From: Bacillus sp. (in: firmicutes)
GTDB lineage: Bacteria; Bacillota; Bacilli; Bacillales; DSM-1321
DNA: 64,000 nucleotides
Direction: 5' to 3'
Assembly (NCBI GenBank): GCA_051893455.1
Contig: JBJFHG010000064.1
Span: 159-64,158, forward strand
Positions 10,910 through 22,098 of this stretch are shown here, piece after piece. Positions within the stretch are counted from its first letter, which is position 1. Every line of letters starts with the position of its first letter. A program made the position numbers and the translations under genes. The notes beneath the pieces were generated by a model, which saw only the letters and a program-made list of their open reading frames with translations, made no database searches and was not told the DNA's origin.

Positions 10910-11416
10910 ATGAGTAAACAGCGTGTGTCCAGACGTCAATTTCTGAACTATACCCTGACGGGCGTAGGCGGTTTCATGGCTGCAGGTATGTTGATGCCAA
11001 TGGTCCGGTTTGCTGTCGACCCTGTGCTGAAGGGCGGAGCGGATCAGGATTTTGTTGCTACGAAGATGCAAGAAAACGATGTCACGGAAACTCCGCAACG
11101 TGTCTCTTTCACAGTCGAACAGGTAGATGCCTGGTATGAATCCGAAGAGACGAGGATTGCTTGGGTCTTTAAAGACGACAAAGGGGAAATTGTAGCTCTA
11201 TCACCGATCTGCAAGCATCTTGGTTGCGTGGTGGATTGGAACACGGACGAAGGCAATCCGAACCGTTTCTTCTGTAACTGCCACTTTGGTCTTTATGAGA
11301 AAGATGGAATGAATGTACCGGGAACTCCACCTCTTGGACCGTTGGACCGATACGAAGTCCAGGTTGACGACGGTATCATCAAATTAGGGGCTATCAAACC
11401 GAATAAGGGGGCGTAA
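10910..11416 (+). CDS. qcrA: Menaquinol-cytochrome c reductase Rieske Fe-S subunit
   Basis: Tat motif SRRQFL, CKHLGC and CNCH Rieske boxes, GTPP..PL. Confidence 0.97.
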   Translation: MSKQRVSRRQFLNYTLTGVGGFMAAGMLMPMVRFAVDPVLKGGADQDFVATKMQENDVTETPQRVSFTVEQVDAWYESEETRIAWVFKDDKGEIVALSPICKHLGCVVDWNTDEGNPNRFFCNCHFGLYEKDGMNVPGTPPLGPLDRYEVQVDDGIIKLGAIKPNKGA

Positions 11417-11419
11417 TAA

Positions 11420-12094
11420 TTGCTTAATAAAATCTATGACTGGGTTGATGAGCGGCTTGATATTACGCCACTTTGGCGAGATATTGCTGACCATGAGGTT
11501 CCGGAACACGTCAATCCGGCGCATCATTTTTCCGCTTTCGTATACTGTTTTGGAGGATTGACCTTCTTCATCACAGTCATCCAAATCCTATCGGGCATGT
11601 TTTTGACCATGTATTATGTGCCTGATATCAAAAATGCATGGGAGTCCGTTTACTATCTTCAGAATGAAGTGGCATTCGGCCAGATTGTACGTGGTATGCA
11701 CCACTGGGGCGCAAGCTTGGTTATCGTCATGATGTTCTTACATACATTGCGCGTCTTTTTCCAAGGTGCTTACAAGAAGCCACGTGAACTGAACTGGATT
11801 GTTGGAGTGCTGATTTTCTTCGTTATGCTTGGCCTCGGCTTTACAGGGTACCTGTTGCCATGGGATATGAAAGCCCTGTTTGCGACTCAGGTAGGACTTC
11901 AGATTGCGGCGTCTGTTCCATTTATAGGCGATCAAATATTGACGTTGCTCGCCGGTGACGCAAGTATTGTGGGAGCACAGACTTTAACAAGGTTCTTTGC
12001 CATCCACGTATTCTTCCTTCCGGCAGCTTTGCTTGGATTAGTGGCGGCTCACTTCGTCATGATCCGTAAACAAGGTATTTCTGGGCCATTGTAA
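11420..12094 (+). CDS. qcrB: Menaquinol-cytochrome c reductase cytochrome b6 subunit
   Basis: MLNKIYDWVDERLDITPLWRDIADHEVPEH, RGMHHWGAS, TGYLLPWD, TRFFAIH; TTG start. Confidence 0.98.
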   Translation: MLNKIYDWVDERLDITPLWRDIADHEVPEHVNPAHHFSAFVYCFGGLTFFITVIQILSGMFLTMYYVPDIKNAWESVYYLQNEVAFGQIVRGMHHWGASLVIVMMFLHTLRVFFQGAYKKPRELNWIVGVLIFFVMLGLGFTGYLLPWDMKALFATQVGLQIAASVPFIGDQILTLLAGDASIVGAQTLTRFFAIHVFFLPAALLGLVAAHFVMIRKQGISGPL

Positions 12095-12153
12095 GTTGAA
12101 TTCACAACCTATGTTTGAAAATAAAACCTTTTGGAAAAAGGAGGGGATTGCAG

Positions 12154-12918
12154 ATGCATCGTGGTAAAGGTATGAAGTTCGTTGGGGACTCACGGGTTTC
12201 CGCTGAACGAAAACCGAATATTCCAAAAGATTATTCGGAATATCCAGGTAAAACGGAAGCCTTCTGGCCTAACTTTCTTTTGAAGGAATGGATGGTCGGA
12301 GCCGTTTTCCTTGTGGGATACTTATGTTTAACAGTGGCACATCCTTCTCCGTTGGAGAAAATGGCCGACCCGGCCGCATCCGGTTATATTCCATTGCCTG
12401 ACTGGTACTTCCTATTCTTGTATCAATTATTGAAATATACCTATGCATCCGGTGATTATAACATTATTGGCGCGATCGTCATCCCAGGACTTGCTTTTGG
12501 CGCTTTATTGCTTGCACCGTTCATCGACAGGGGACCTGAAAGAAGACCAACGAAGCGTCCATTGGCGACAGGCTTTATGTTGCTTGCGGTCGCCAGTATT
12601 TTTTACCTGACTTGGGCTTCTGTTGACCAGCACGACTGGGAAGCAGCCAAGAAGCAAGGGGAAATCGTTCTCGGTCCTGAAATCAATCAGGAGGATCCGG
12701 GTTATGCAGTCTATGAAGGACAAGGCTGTATCGGCTGTCATGGCGGCAATCTGGAGGGAGCTTCCGGTCCTGCTTTGAACGAGCTTGATATGTCTGCAGA
12801 GGAAATAGCGGATATCGCCGTAAACGGAATCGGATCGATGCCGGCAGATGTTTTCAAAGGAACAGATGAAGAACTACAGCAGCTTTCTGAATTCATCGCG
12901 AATGTCGGAAGCGAATAA
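12154..12918 (+). CDS. qcrC: Menaquinol-cytochrome c reductase cytochrome b/c subunit
   Basis: MHRGKGMKFVGDSR, PLPDWYFLF, heme-binding CIGCH. Confidence 0.97.
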   Translation: MHRGKGMKFVGDSRVSAERKPNIPKDYSEYPGKTEAFWPNFLLKEWMVGAVFLVGYLCLTVAHPSPLEKMADPAASGYIPLPDWYFLFLYQLLKYTYASGDYNIIGAIVIPGLAFGALLLAPFIDRGPERRPTKRPLATGFMLLAVASIFYLTWASVDQHDWEAAKKQGEIVLGPEINQEDPGYAVYEGQGCIGCHGGNLEGASGPALNELDMSAEEIADIAVNGIGSMPADVFKGTDEELQQLSEFIANVGSE

Positions 12919-12927
12919 TAAGCGGCA

Positions 12928-12962
12928 AAGAAGCCGGCGGCCATTAGCTGCCGGCTTCTTTC
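12928..12962 (+). terminator. Intrinsic terminator of qcrABC
   Basis: AAGAAGCCGGCGGC / GCTGCCGGCTTCTT stem followed by T residues. Confidence 0.8.
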
Positions 12963-13020
12963 ATGTAAAGGGCAAGGTTTATATAGTATGATAAGATTAC
13001 TAGATATTAAGGGGGACAAA

Positions 13021-13614
13021 ATGGTTAATTTACTATATTCGGTCCTTAGGCATCAATCTATGATTATGCTCTTGCTGTTGATCAATATTTTTGGGACATT
13101 CTACGGGTATATTTGGTATACAGGACAGTTGCTGGATACGGAACCTCTATTTTTGCCGTTTGTTCCTGATAGTCCGACAGCTTGCTTGTTTTTTGTGTTT
13201 GTATTGGCTGCTTTTCTGTTCCGGACAAACTGGGGATTATTTGAGGCCCTTGCCTTCATCTCCTTATTCAAGTATGGAGTCTGGGCAGTCTGCATGAATC
13301 TGCTGACTTTATATGTGACAGGGACCCTTCATTGGACAGGCTATATGTTGATGGCCTCCCATTTGGCGATGGCACTGCAAGGTTTGCTGTATGCTCCTTT
13401 CTATCGAATAAAGGTATGGCATCTATCCGTGGCCGCGGTCTTTACGGTACATAATGAAATCATCGATTATGTGTTTGGCCAAATGCCGAGATACAGTCAA
13501 ATCTCTATGTACGCCAATGAAATAGGTTATTTCACATTTTGGCTCAGTATTCTCTCCATCTTCCTTTGCTATTGGTTCGGAATGAGGAAAGAAAGGTGGA
13601 CCCTTACGATTTGA
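13021..13614 (+). CDS. ypjA: YpjA/DUF1405 membrane protein (lipoprotein N-acetyltransferase LhaT-like)
   Basis: GT.YGY.WY..QL, FVPDSPTA, KYGVWAV, SHLAM, HNEIIDY; synteny. Confidence 0.88.
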   Translation: MVNLLYSVLRHQSMIMLLLLINIFGTFYGYIWYTGQLLDTEPLFLPFVPDSPTACLFFVFVLAAFLFRTNWGLFEALAFISLFKYGVWAVCMNLLTLYVTGTLHWTGYMLMASHLAMALQGLLYAPFYRIKVWHLSVAAVFTVHNEIIDYVFGQMPRYSQISMYANEIGYFTFWLSILSIFLCYWFGMRKERWTLTI

Positions 13615-13671
13615 TGGTCTATCTGTTCCAATTCTTTCATATACGTAATATGAAAGAGGAGGGACAAGACT

Positions 13672-14466
13672 ATGTTCAGGAAAACAGTAATCGTATTTAT
13701 ATTAATCGCATCAATCACGCTCCAATCTGCATTCTGTGTTGCTGCCTCTTCAGAAGTGGAAGGGATCAATCGCCTTTCGGATGATGCATTATTGTTAGCT
13801 AAAAGCAATCGGTATGATAAAACATTGGAGATACTGGAAGATATCTCAAGGGAATTGGTAGGCCTGACGGCAAATGGCCGATCACTGGAGATGGACGAGC
13901 TGAAGGTTGTCACGACAGCTTATGATGAAGCGTATGCTGCAATGAGCAGCCGATCTTCCTCGCATGAGGAAAAAATCAAAGCTATGACAAAACTCAGGTT
14001 GACAGTTGATGCCGCCCATTCACAGCATCAGCCGTTGTGGTCGTACATGGAAGATCAAATGATTGCGACTTTCATCCACACAAAGGAAGCAGCCATGGAC
14101 CAGGATACACAGGCCTTCCATTCAAATCTCAACCAATTGCTTGCTCAATATGACCTCATACACTACAGCCTGAAGTTAGAATTGGGGGAGGAGAGATTCC
14201 AGGCACTGGATGCGCGATTCGCCTTTTTAGATCAATACAGACCGGAAATCCTTCATCAGGAAAGCAGCCAAAGAGAGATTGATAGTCTCCGTTATGAAAT
14301 GGAGAAAATCTTTGATGGTCAGGAAGAAGATGAGGCGGACCCTTCCCTTTGGTGGGTGATCATAACAACTGGCAGCATTATCGTTATGACACTAGCATAT
14401 GTAGGCTACAGAAAATTCAAAGGGCATAAAAAAGAGGATGAGGTGCGGAGAAAACTCAATGATTGA
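13672..14466 (+). CDS. ypjB: Sporulation protein YpjB
   Basis: Signal peptide, RLTVDA..S.HQPLW, DEADPSLWWVIITTGSII..TL.YVG; SigE-like promoter upstream. Confidence 0.92.
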   Translation: MFRKTVIVFILIASITLQSAFCVAASSEVEGINRLSDDALLLAKSNRYDKTLEILEDISRELVGLTANGRSLEMDELKVVTTAYDEAYAAMSSRSSSHEEKIKAMTKLRLTVDAAHSQHQPLWSYMEDQMIATFIHTKEAAMDQDTQAFHSNLNQLLAQYDLIHYSLKLELGEERFQALDARFAFLDQYRPEILHQESSQREIDSLRYEMEKIFDGQEEDEADPSLWWVIITTGSIIVMTLAYVGYRKFKGHKKEDEVRRKLND

Positions 14467-14522
14467 CAGGAGAAACAATTATTTACTACAATTAGGTTAA
14501 AATATAGATATTGGAGGCAGAG

Positions 14523-15203
14523 ATGTACAGCTATTTAATTTACTTAGCGATCATCATTTTGATCCCGATCTGGGCTCAGGTAAAAGTGAAAGGAACGTAT
14601 AAAAAATATTCAAAGGTTGCTTCATCCACTGGTTTGACTGGTGCTGACGTGGCCAGAAGGATATTAGACGATAACGGACTTTATAATGTCCGGGTAGAAG
14701 AGACACAAGGTTTCCTGAGCGATCATTACGATCCGCGCTCTAAAACAGTCCGGCTTTCATCAGGCAACTACCATAGTCATTCATTGGCGGCTACGGCAGT
14801 ATCGGCACACGAGGTCGGCCACGCAATCCAAGACCAGCAAGAGTACGCTTTCCTGCGTTTTCGCCATGCATTGGTTCCGGTTGCGAATATCGGTTCCAAT
14901 TTCTCTTGGATCTTGATCCTAATCGGGATCATCGCCGGTATAACCAATTTTGTTCTTCTGGGAATCGTTTTTATGTTGGCGGCCGTTTTGTTCCAGGTGG
15001 TAACACTTCCTGTCGAATTTAATGCTTCCAACAGAGCGATGGACCAAGTAGTATCCTTGGGCATCATCCGGAATGATGAGGAACGCGAAACGAAGAAAGT
15101 ATTGAATGCGGCGGCTATGACATATGTTGCAGCGGCAGCAGTGGCCATCCTTGAGTTGGTGCGTTTGGTTATGATTTTCATCGGAATGAACAACGACGAT
15201 TAA
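14523..15203 (+). CDS. Membrane zinc metallopeptidase (YugP/Zn_peptidase_2 family)
   Basis: LSDHYDP, HEVGHAIQ (HEXXH), TLPVEFNASNRA, AAAMTYVAA. Confidence 0.92.
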   Translation: MYSYLIYLAIIILIPIWAQVKVKGTYKKYSKVASSTGLTGADVARRILDDNGLYNVRVEETQGFLSDHYDPRSKTVRLSSGNYHSHSLAATAVSAHEVGHAIQDQQEYAFLRFRHALVPVANIGSNFSWILILIGIIAGITNFVLLGIVFMLAAVLFQVVTLPVEFNASNRAMDQVVSLGIIRNDEERETKKVLNAAAMTYVAAAAVAILELVRLVMIFIGMNNDD

Positions 15204-15209
15204 TGAATC

Positions 15210-15247
15210 AAAAAAGGACAAAACCCCGACGGGTTTGTCCTTTTTTT
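15210..15247. terminator. Bidirectional terminator between convergent genes
   Basis: AAAAAAGGACAAA...TTTGTCCTTTTTTT. Confidence 0.85.
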
Positions 15248-15260
15248 GATTGGTAAATGC

Positions 15261-16133
15261 CTATCGCTGAATCGGATTTTTGTTTTCGTCCAATGTGAAA
15301 CCTTCTCCAAGTACATCGTGGACGATGCTGACCGAAACGAATGCATGGGGGTCAACCGAAGTGATGGCATCTTTTAGCCTGACAATCTCATTTTTGGCGA
15401 CCACGCAATATAGAACATCGCGCTCCTGTTTAGAGAAAGATCCGAAACCGCGCAAGACGGTGACTCCGCGGTCCATTTTTTTCATGATCACTTCTGCAAT
15501 CTCCGTGTTCTTTTCGCTGATGATCATTGCGCCCCTGGCCGTATAAGCGCCCTCCTGCATGAAATCAATCAACCGGGCCCCTATAAAGACGGCAATCAAT
15601 GTGTACATGCCTTCCCGAAGCTCAAGATAAGTGGCTAAAGATAAGCCGATTACACAAGCATCGAACAGGAACATTGTCCGTCCCATATTCCATCCCACAA
15701 ATTTTTGTACGAGCCGGGCGATGATATCGACACCTCCGGTCGTTCCTCCATAACGGAAAATGATCCCGAGCCCAACACCTATAAATGCCCCTGCAAAAAG
15801 GGAGACAAGCATCAGGTCATTTTCGAGCCCGATGGCAAACTGATTTCTCTCGAATATCCACAGCCATACGGACAGGCCGACTGTCCCGATAATGGTATAC
15901 AGGAAGGAGGTTTTGCCGAGAAAACGCCATCCTATAAGAAATACGGGGAGATTCAGGATTAAGTTTGAATAGGAAGGGTTGATATTGAAGAGTTGATAAA
16001 GGATCAGGGTGAGACCGGTGAAGCCTCCTTCGGCCAAATTGTTCTGCATATTGAAATGAACCAGACCGAAAGCAAAAATAGCCGTGCCTAAAATGATGAA
16101 GAATATATTTTTGAATCTAAGACCATATACCAT
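15261..16133 (-). CDS. ypjC: YitT family membrane protein YpjC
   Basis: NNLAEGGFTG, GGTTGGVDIIA, DRGVT, DPHAF, VLGEGF. Confidence 0.92.
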   Translation of the reverse strand: MVYGLRFKNIFFIILGTAIFAFGLVHFNMQNNLAEGGFTGLTLILYQLFNINPSYSNLILNLPVFLIGWRFLGKTSFLYTIIGTVGLSVWLWIFERNQFAIGLENDLMLVSLFAGAFIGVGLGIIFRYGGTTGGVDIIARLVQKFVGWNMGRTMFLFDACVIGLSLATYLELREGMYTLIAVFIGARLIDFMQEGAYTARGAMIISEKNTEIAEVIMKKMDRGVTVLRGFGSFSKQERDVLYCVVAKNEIVRLKDAITSVDPHAFVSVSIVHDVLGEGFTLDENKNPIQR

Positions 16134-16342
16134 ATCTTTCCCTCCAAGATAATACTTCTTGATATGAATGCGTCCCCTATTATATAGGAATCTTCAGGGA
16201 TTTCGCAACATAACAGGAGCGGACATTGAAATCTGTGTTTTTTTTAGCTACCATGAATGAGTAACAATCCGGCATGAAGAGATTTCGGAAAAACTTTTGC
16301 TATAATGAAGGGTAGAAAGTTCCGAAGAGTGGAGGAAAACAA

Positions 16343-16681
16343 ATGGCCAAAACAATACAACAACTGCAGAAAGAAGTGGATGAGTACATCGGGCAGTTCA
16401 AGGAAGGGTACTTCAGTCCTTTGGCAATGCTTGCCAGGATGACTGAAGAACTTGGGGAACTGGCCCGTGAGGTGAACCATCATTATGGGGAAAAACCAAA
16501 GAAGCCGACAGAGACAGAGAAAGCTATTCATGAAGAGCTTGGCGATATGCTGTTCGTTCTGATTTGTTTTGCCAATTCTTTACATATCGATATGGAAGAA
16601 GCACATAATACAGTCATGCAAAAATTCGCTAATAGAGATGCCGATCGTTGGACAAGAGTGGAGGAGGAAGAGAATGAGTAA
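16343..16681 (+). CDS. ypjD: MazG-like nucleotide pyrophosphohydrolase YpjD
   Basis: [38 protein letters not shown]. Confidence 0.95.
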   Translation: MAKTIQQLQKEVDEYIGQFKEGYFSPLAMLARMTEELGELAREVNHHYGEKPKKPTETEKAIHEELGDMLFVLICFANSLHIDMEEAHNTVMQKFANRDADRWTRVEEEENE

Positions 16682-17477
16682 AACAGTGAAAATAGTAGTG
16701 GCAGGACCAAGAGGAAGAATGGGAAGGGAAGCAGTCCAGCTCGTTCAGGAAACCGGGCAATTCGAATTGGTCGCCGTCATAGATAGAAAAAACAACGGAG
16801 GAAACCTAAAGGATGTCGATGGTTTTAATTATGTCGATGCACCGATCTATGCCGATGTGGATGATTGCTTCCGTAATGTGAAAGCGGATGTCCTGATTGA
16901 CCTGACCACCCCGGAAGTGGGGATGAAACATACAGTGTCGGCGTTACGCCATGGCGTTCGCCCGGTGGTCGGTACAACCGGTTTTTCCGCAGAAGACCTG
17001 AAGGAGCTTGACAGACTATGTGATGAGACACAGCTCGGCTGCATTATTGCTCCGAATTTCGCCCTCGGCGCCGTATTGATGATGAAATTCTCGCAAATGG
17101 CGGCACGTTATTTCCAGGATATCGAAATCATTGAATTACATCATGATAAAAAGTTGGATGCTCCTTCAGGAACGGCGGTCAAGACAGCAGAAATGATGAA
17201 GGAAGTAAGGGAACAAAAGCAGCAAGGCCATCCGGATGAAAAAGAAACACTGCCGGGTGCAAGAGGCGCCGAATTTGACGGTATGCGTATCCACAGTGTC
17301 CGCTTGCCGGGATTGATTGCTCATCAGCAGGTGATTTTCGGTGCAGATGGACAGTCTTTGACAATTCGCCATGATTCCTATAATAGGGCTTCCTTTATGT
17401 CAGGTGTGAAACTGGCTGTTGAGCATGTCATGAAGATGCAAGTGTTGGTGTATGGCCTAGAAAACATAATCGAGTAA
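16674..17477 (+). CDS. dapB: 4-hydroxy-tetrahydrodipicolinate reductase
   Basis: [40 protein letters not shown]. Confidence 0.97.
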   Translation: MSKTVKIVVAGPRGRMGREAVQLVQETGQFELVAVIDRKNNGGNLKDVDGFNYVDAPIYADVDDCFRNVKADVLIDLTTPEVGMKHTVSALRHGVRPVVGTTGFSAEDLKELDRLCDETQLGCIIAPNFALGAVLMMKFSQMAARYFQDIEIIELHHDKKLDAPSGTAVKTAEMMKEVREQKQQGHPDEKETLPGARGAEFDGMRIHSVRLPGLIAHQQVIFGADGQSLTIRHDSYNRASFMSGVKLAVEHVMKMQVLVYGLENIIE

Positions 17478-17491
17478 GGAGCGGTAATACG

Positions 17492-17896
17492 ATGAATATT
17501 GCCTTGATTGCGCACGATAAGAAAAAAGATGATCTGGTCAATTTTGTGACGGCATATGTGGATACTTTCAAGAAGCATTCTTTATTTGCAACCGGCACTA
17601 CGGGTAAAAGGATCAGCGAGGCGACCGGTCTTGATATCCATCGATTCCAGTCGGGTCCCCTAGGCGGAGACCAAGAAATAGGAGCGAGGATTGCAAGAGA
17701 GGAAATGGATCTTGTATTCTTTTTCCGTGATCCATTGACTGCACAGCCGCATGAACCGGATGTTTCTGCTTTGATGAGACTGTGCGATGTTTATTCTGTT
17801 CCGCTCGCAAGTAATATAGGAACTGCCGAAGTGCTGATTCGCAGCTTGGAGCAAGGTGATATAGATTGGAGAAAAGTAATAAGTGATAGAACATGA
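17492..17896 (+). CDS. mgsA: Methylglyoxal synthase
   Basis: [40 protein letters not shown]. Confidence 0.98.
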   Translation: MNIALIAHDKKKDDLVNFVTAYVDTFKKHSLFATGTTGKRISEATGLDIHRFQSGPLGGDQEIGARIAREEMDLVFFFRDPLTAQPHEPDVSALMRLCDVYSVPLASNIGTAEVLIRSLEQGDIDWRKVISDRT

Positions 17897-18602
17897 AGGA
17901 AATAAACAAATCGATATTTTAGTATTTGGAGCCCATTCGGATGATGCCGAAATCGGTATGGGTGGAACAATCGCCAAGATGGTTGCCGAAGGGCGCAGCG
18001 TGATGATCTGTGATTTGACTAAAGCGGAGATGTCCTCGAATGGAACACCGGAGAATAGAGTGAAGGAAGCGGAAAAATCCGCGCAAATTCTTGGAGTGAA
18101 AAAACGGATCAACCTCGGGTTACCGGACCGGGGCCTATATATGACGGAAGCACATATCCGAGAGATCGTGAGGGTCATTCGAAAATACCGGCCGACGCTT
18201 GTATTTGCTCCTTATGGCATCGATCGTCATCCTGACCATGGCAATTGCGCCAAGCTGGTGGAAGAAGCTTGTTTCTCAAGCGGGATCCGTAAATATGCGG
18301 AACAGGACAGCCTTCCGGCACATAAGGTCCGGGATGTTTTCTTTTATATGATCAATGGATTCCATGAGCCTGACTTCGTTGTGGATATCAGTGATTATAT
18401 GGTAAAGAAAACGGATTGTCTGCAGGCCTTTGCATCACAGTTCGCAGGAAATGTCGAGACACCTTTGACAGATGGTTACATCGATAGCGTGATTGCCAGA
18501 GAAAAGATGATGGGCAAAGAAGCGGGGGTCCAGTATGCGGAAGGATTCTTCAGTAAAAAACCGTTACTGCTCAATCAGGATCTTTTAGGAGGAACAGAAT
18601 GA
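17883..18602 (+). CDS. bshB1: Bacillithiol biosynthesis deacetylase BshB1
   Basis: [35 protein letters not shown]; operon context. Confidence 0.96.
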   Translation: MIEHEGNKQIDILVFGAHSDDAEIGMGGTIAKMVAEGRSVMICDLTKAEMSSNGTPENRVKEAEKSAQILGVKKRINLGLPDRGLYMTEAHIREIVRVIRKYRPTLVFAPYGIDRHPDHGNCAKLVEEACFSSGIRKYAEQDSLPAHKVRDVFFYMINGFHEPDFVVDISDYMVKKTDCLQAFASQFAGNVETPLTDGYIDSVIAREKMMGKEAGVQYAEGFFSKKPLLLNQDLLGGTE

Positions 18603-19738
18603 CGAACCGACTAAACATAGGAATAATCTGTTATCCGACGGTAGGGGGGTCAGGAGTCGTCGCCACGGAACTCGGGCGTCTGCTGGCAGACCGGGGCCAT
18701 ACCATCCACTTTATTTCCAGCAGCCTGCCTTTCCGGTTGCGCAAGATGCACCCGAGAATCTTTTTCCATGCGGTCGAGATGAACTTATATTCGGTCTTTC
18801 AAAACCCTCCTTACGACCTGTCGCTTGCCAGCAAGATTGCGGAAGTGGCAAAAAGGGAGAAGCTGGATATCCTTCATGCCCATTATGCAATCCCGCATGC
18901 TGTCTGTGCCATATTGGCAAAGCAGATGGCCGCACAAGATGTAAAATTGGTGACTACCTTGCATGGTACCGATATCACTGTACTAGGCCAGGAACCTTCT
19001 TTTCGTGACCTCATTAAATTCGGCATCGAGAAGTCAGATTACGTGACGGCTGTCTCGCAATCACTTGCCAAGGAAACGGAGACTTTGATCGGCCCGGATA
19101 AAGAGATACATACGGTCTATAATTTCATTGACGAAAGAATCTACCGAAAGACGGAAAACAAACAGATGAAAGCAGAACTCGGCATAGAAGATGATGATAA
19201 GGTCCTAATCCATGTTTCAAATTTCCGCGAAGTGAAAAGGGTTCATGATATTGTCAGGGTGTTCTGCCGTATCAAAGAAAAGCTATCCTCCAAATTGTTG
19301 CTGGTCGGCGATGGACCGGAAATGAGTTCAGTCTGCAAACTGGTCGATGACCTCGGTCTTCAGAATGATGTCCTTTTCATGGGGAAACAGGATGATGTAC
19401 AGGCTTTGTACAGTATAAGCGACTGTCTGCTGCTTCTCTCCCAGAAGGAAAGCTTCGGTCTTGTGCTATTGGAAGCAATGGCTTGCGGAGTGCCTTGCGT
19501 GGGGACGAAGATAGGCGGTATTCCGGAAGTCATTCAACACGGGAAAACAGGGTTTATCTGTGAACTGGGCGATATTGACGGCATCTCATCAGCTGTTCTG
19601 GAACTCCTGACAGATCAGGCCTTACATGAGCAGTTTTCTATTAACTGTTTGGAGTCCGTGCGCAAAGAATTCCATTCAGAAGGGATCATTTCCCAATATG
19701 AGGATATTTACAAACAACTCTTAAATAAAGGAGTATAA
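18599..19738 (+). CDS. bshA: N-acetyl-alpha-D-glucosaminyl L-malate synthase BshA
   Basis: [44 protein letters not shown]. Confidence 0.97.
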   Translation: MTNRLNIGIICYPTVGGSGVVATELGRLLADRGHTIHFISSSLPFRLRKMHPRIFFHAVEMNLYSVFQNPPYDLSLASKIAEVAKREKLDILHAHYAIPHAVCAILAKQMAAQDVKLVTTLHGTDITVLGQEPSFRDLIKFGIEKSDYVTAVSQSLAKETETLIGPDKEIHTVYNFIDERIYRKTENKQMKAELGIEDDDKVLIHVSNFREVKRVHDIVRVFCRIKEKLSSKLLLVGDGPEMSSVCKLVDDLGLQNDVLFMGKQDDVQALYSISDCLLLLSQKESFGLVLLEAMACGVPCVGTKIGGIPEVIQHGKTGFICELGDIDGISSAVLELLTDQALHEQFSINCLESVRKEFHSEGIISQYEDIYKQLLNKGV

Positions 19739-19744
19739 GAAATC

Positions 19745-20956
19745 ATGCTTGATGTTTGTTTTAAGCAAGCGGTGCCGATTCTGAAAAGAATCGAAGAAGC
19801 GGGATATGAAGCCGTTTTTGTAGGAGGGTCGGTCCGGGATGCCGTCCTTGGGAAGGACATACACGATGTCGATATCGCAACTTCAGCCAGACCTGAAGAG
19901 GTGAAACGGATTTTTAAGCATACAGTAGATGTCGGCATTGAGCACGGTACGGTACTGGTCATAGAAAACGGTGAGCCGTATGAAGTGACGACATACCGCT
20001 CTGAAAGCGAATATGTTGATTTCCGGAAACCTAAGGAAGTCACTTTTATCAGGACATTGGAGCATGATCTGGCCCGACGTGATTTCACCATGAATGCGAT
20101 AGCGATGGACTGGTCAGGCAATATGATTGATCCGTTCGGCGGGAAAGATGCCATAGCATCCAGACTGATCGATACGGTAGGGGACCCGCAGGAGAGGTTT
20201 GAAGAAGATGCACTCCGTATGATGCGGGCGGCGCGGTTTGTCAGTCAGCTCTCATTTACTTGTACAGACCGGGTGGTGGATGCATTAATCAAGCATGGCC
20301 ACCTTCTGTCATGCATCTCTATCGAAAGGGTTACCGCTGAATTTGAGAAGCTGTTGATGGGGTCACATACGGCACAGGGCATGAAATTACTGTTTGATAC
20401 CGGGCTGTTCAAGTACTTGCCCGGCCTGGGAAACGGGGAGAAGGCCCTCCGGAAACTGATGGATTCGAATGCCGATAGGCTGTCCGCCATCGAGGAAAAA
20501 TGGGCGGCTCTTCTTTTGGCTCTCGACATATGTGCGGAGGAGTCCATAGATTTCTTAAGGAAATGGAAGCTTCCTTCGAAACGGATGAAGGCCGTCAAAA
20601 CGATCATGACGGCGGTGGAGCGGGACAAATTGGATGACGATCTGGAACTGTTCATGATAGGGAGGCAGGCAATCATAAGTGCTTGGAACGTAAATCATTT
20701 CCTTGGTGAAGAGTGTTCGGGGAACAGTACGGAAGACATCAACGAACGATGGTTGAGATTACCTCTTCATGCGCGGGACGAATTAGCAGTGAATGGCCAA
20801 GATTTAATGGAATGGTGCCAGCGTAAGCCAGGCCCATGGATGAAAGAAACATTCGATGATATCATCGGCCTAATCATTTCAAGAAAACTGGAAAATAAAA
20901 AAGAAGCCATCCGCAGGGAGGTGGAGAAGTGGAATCAGAAATCAGAAAGCAAATAG
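19745..20956 (+). CDS. cca: CCA tRNA nucleotidyltransferase
   Basis: VGGSVRD, DVDIAT, EVTTYR, DLARRDFTMNA, RFEEDALRMMR. Confidence 0.97.
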   Translation: MLDVCFKQAVPILKRIEEAGYEAVFVGGSVRDAVLGKDIHDVDIATSARPEEVKRIFKHTVDVGIEHGTVLVIENGEPYEVTTYRSESEYVDFRKPKEVTFIRTLEHDLARRDFTMNAIAMDWSGNMIDPFGGKDAIASRLIDTVGDPQERFEEDALRMMRAARFVSQLSFTCTDRVVDALIKHGHLLSCISIERVTAEFEKLLMGSHTAQGMKLLFDTGLFKYLPGLGNGEKALRKLMDSNADRLSAIEEKWAALLLALDICAEESIDFLRKWKLPSKRMKAVKTIMTAVERDKLDDDLELFMIGRQAIISAWNVNHFLGEECSGNSTEDINERWLRLPLHARDELAVNGQDLMEWCQRKPGPWMKETFDDIIGLIISRKLENKKEAIRREVEKWNQKSESK

Positions 20957-21906
20957 TCAATGCCTTCTCTAAGGCAGGAAACGGCTTTATCTCGGGACAG
21001 GAAATCGCTGATCTTACTGGTGTTTCACGAACTGCGGTCTGGAAACACATAAAGGAGCTGCAAGAGGAGGGCTACCAGCTTGAGGCGGTCAGAAAAAAAG
21101 GGTACCGTCTTATTAGCGTCCCTGATCGGCTGTCCGCTGATAGTATACGACTTGGGCTCACTACGCAAATTATGGGGCAAAGCATCCATTTCAGTGAAAG
21201 CACGGATTCGACGCAAAGTATTGCCAAACAGCTGATCGCTCGAGGCATTAATGAGGGTACCGTTGTTGTAGCGGATGAGCAGACGGCTGGGCGGGGGAGA
21301 ATGGCCCGCCAATGGATATCCCCAAAAGGATCCGGTATTTGGATGAGTCTCATCATCATGCCGGATATCCCCCTTCAGCAAGCCCCGCAGCTCACTTTAT
21401 TGACAGCGGTGGCCGCTGTTCGGGCTATTCGGGTGACAACAGCCGCCGAACCGGAGATCAAATGGCCGAACGACCTGTTATTGAATGGAAGGAAACTGGC
21501 AGGGATTTTGACAGAGATGCAAGCAGAAGCAGACGGTATCCATTCCGTCATCATCGGTCTCGGCCTGAATGTCAACCAGAAGACAGCAGATTTCCCAGAT
21601 GAACTTCAGAACATCGCCACTTCATTATATAGAGAGACCGGTCAAATGTATCAGCGTGAACCGATCATCGCTGAATTCCTAAAGCAATTCGAAGAGTTAT
21701 ATGGACTTTATTTACAGAAAGGCTTCCTTTCAATCAAGGCATTATGGGAAAGCTATGCATCCAGTATAGGCAATATCATCACAGCAAGCACGGCCCGGGA
21801 ACAAATCACCGGAAAGGCGCTCGGCATAAATGATGACGGCGTCCTGCTTCTTGAAGATCAAGCCGGTAAAATCCATCATATTTATTCTGCGGATATTTCA
21901 CTCTAA
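20929..21906 (+). CDS. birA: Bifunctional biotin ligase/repressor BirA
   Basis: N-terminal HTH SRTAVWKHI, QTAGRGR, KWPND, KLAGIL. Confidence 0.97.
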   Translation: MESEIRKQIVNAFSKAGNGFISGQEIADLTGVSRTAVWKHIKELQEEGYQLEAVRKKGYRLISVPDRLSADSIRLGLTTQIMGQSIHFSESTDSTQSIAKQLIARGINEGTVVVADEQTAGRGRMARQWISPKGSGIWMSLIIMPDIPLQQAPQLTLLTAVAAVRAIRVTTAAEPEIKWPNDLLLNGRKLAGILTEMQAEADGIHSVIIGLGLNVNQKTADFPDELQNIATSLYRETGQMYQREPIIAEFLKQFEELYGLYLQKGFLSIKALWESYASSIGNIITASTAREQITGKALGINDDGVLLLEDQAGKIHHIYSADISL

Positions 21907-21942
21907 TGCGAATAATATGAATGGTCATATTAACATTAGTTT

Positions 21943-22098
21943 TGCTATACTGATTATGGGCAGTATCGTGATAGAACTGCACCTGGTTTTATAATATCTG
22001 GTTAATAAAAAATGGTTCTGCCTAGATCCGATTATGGACCGGGACAGAGGGATGAAACATTGTTGCCTGGAATCCTTCTGCTATCAGAAGGATTTTTT
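21943..22098 (+). promoter_or_regulatory. panB leader: extended -10 promoter, two bulged hairpins and an intrinsic terminator (attenuator-like)
   Basis: TGCTATACT at 21943-21951; hairpins GGGCAGT/ACTGCACC and TTCTGCCTAG/CCGGGACAGAG; terminator AATCCTTCTG...CAGAAGGATT-TTTT upstream of the panB RBS. Confidence 0.65.
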
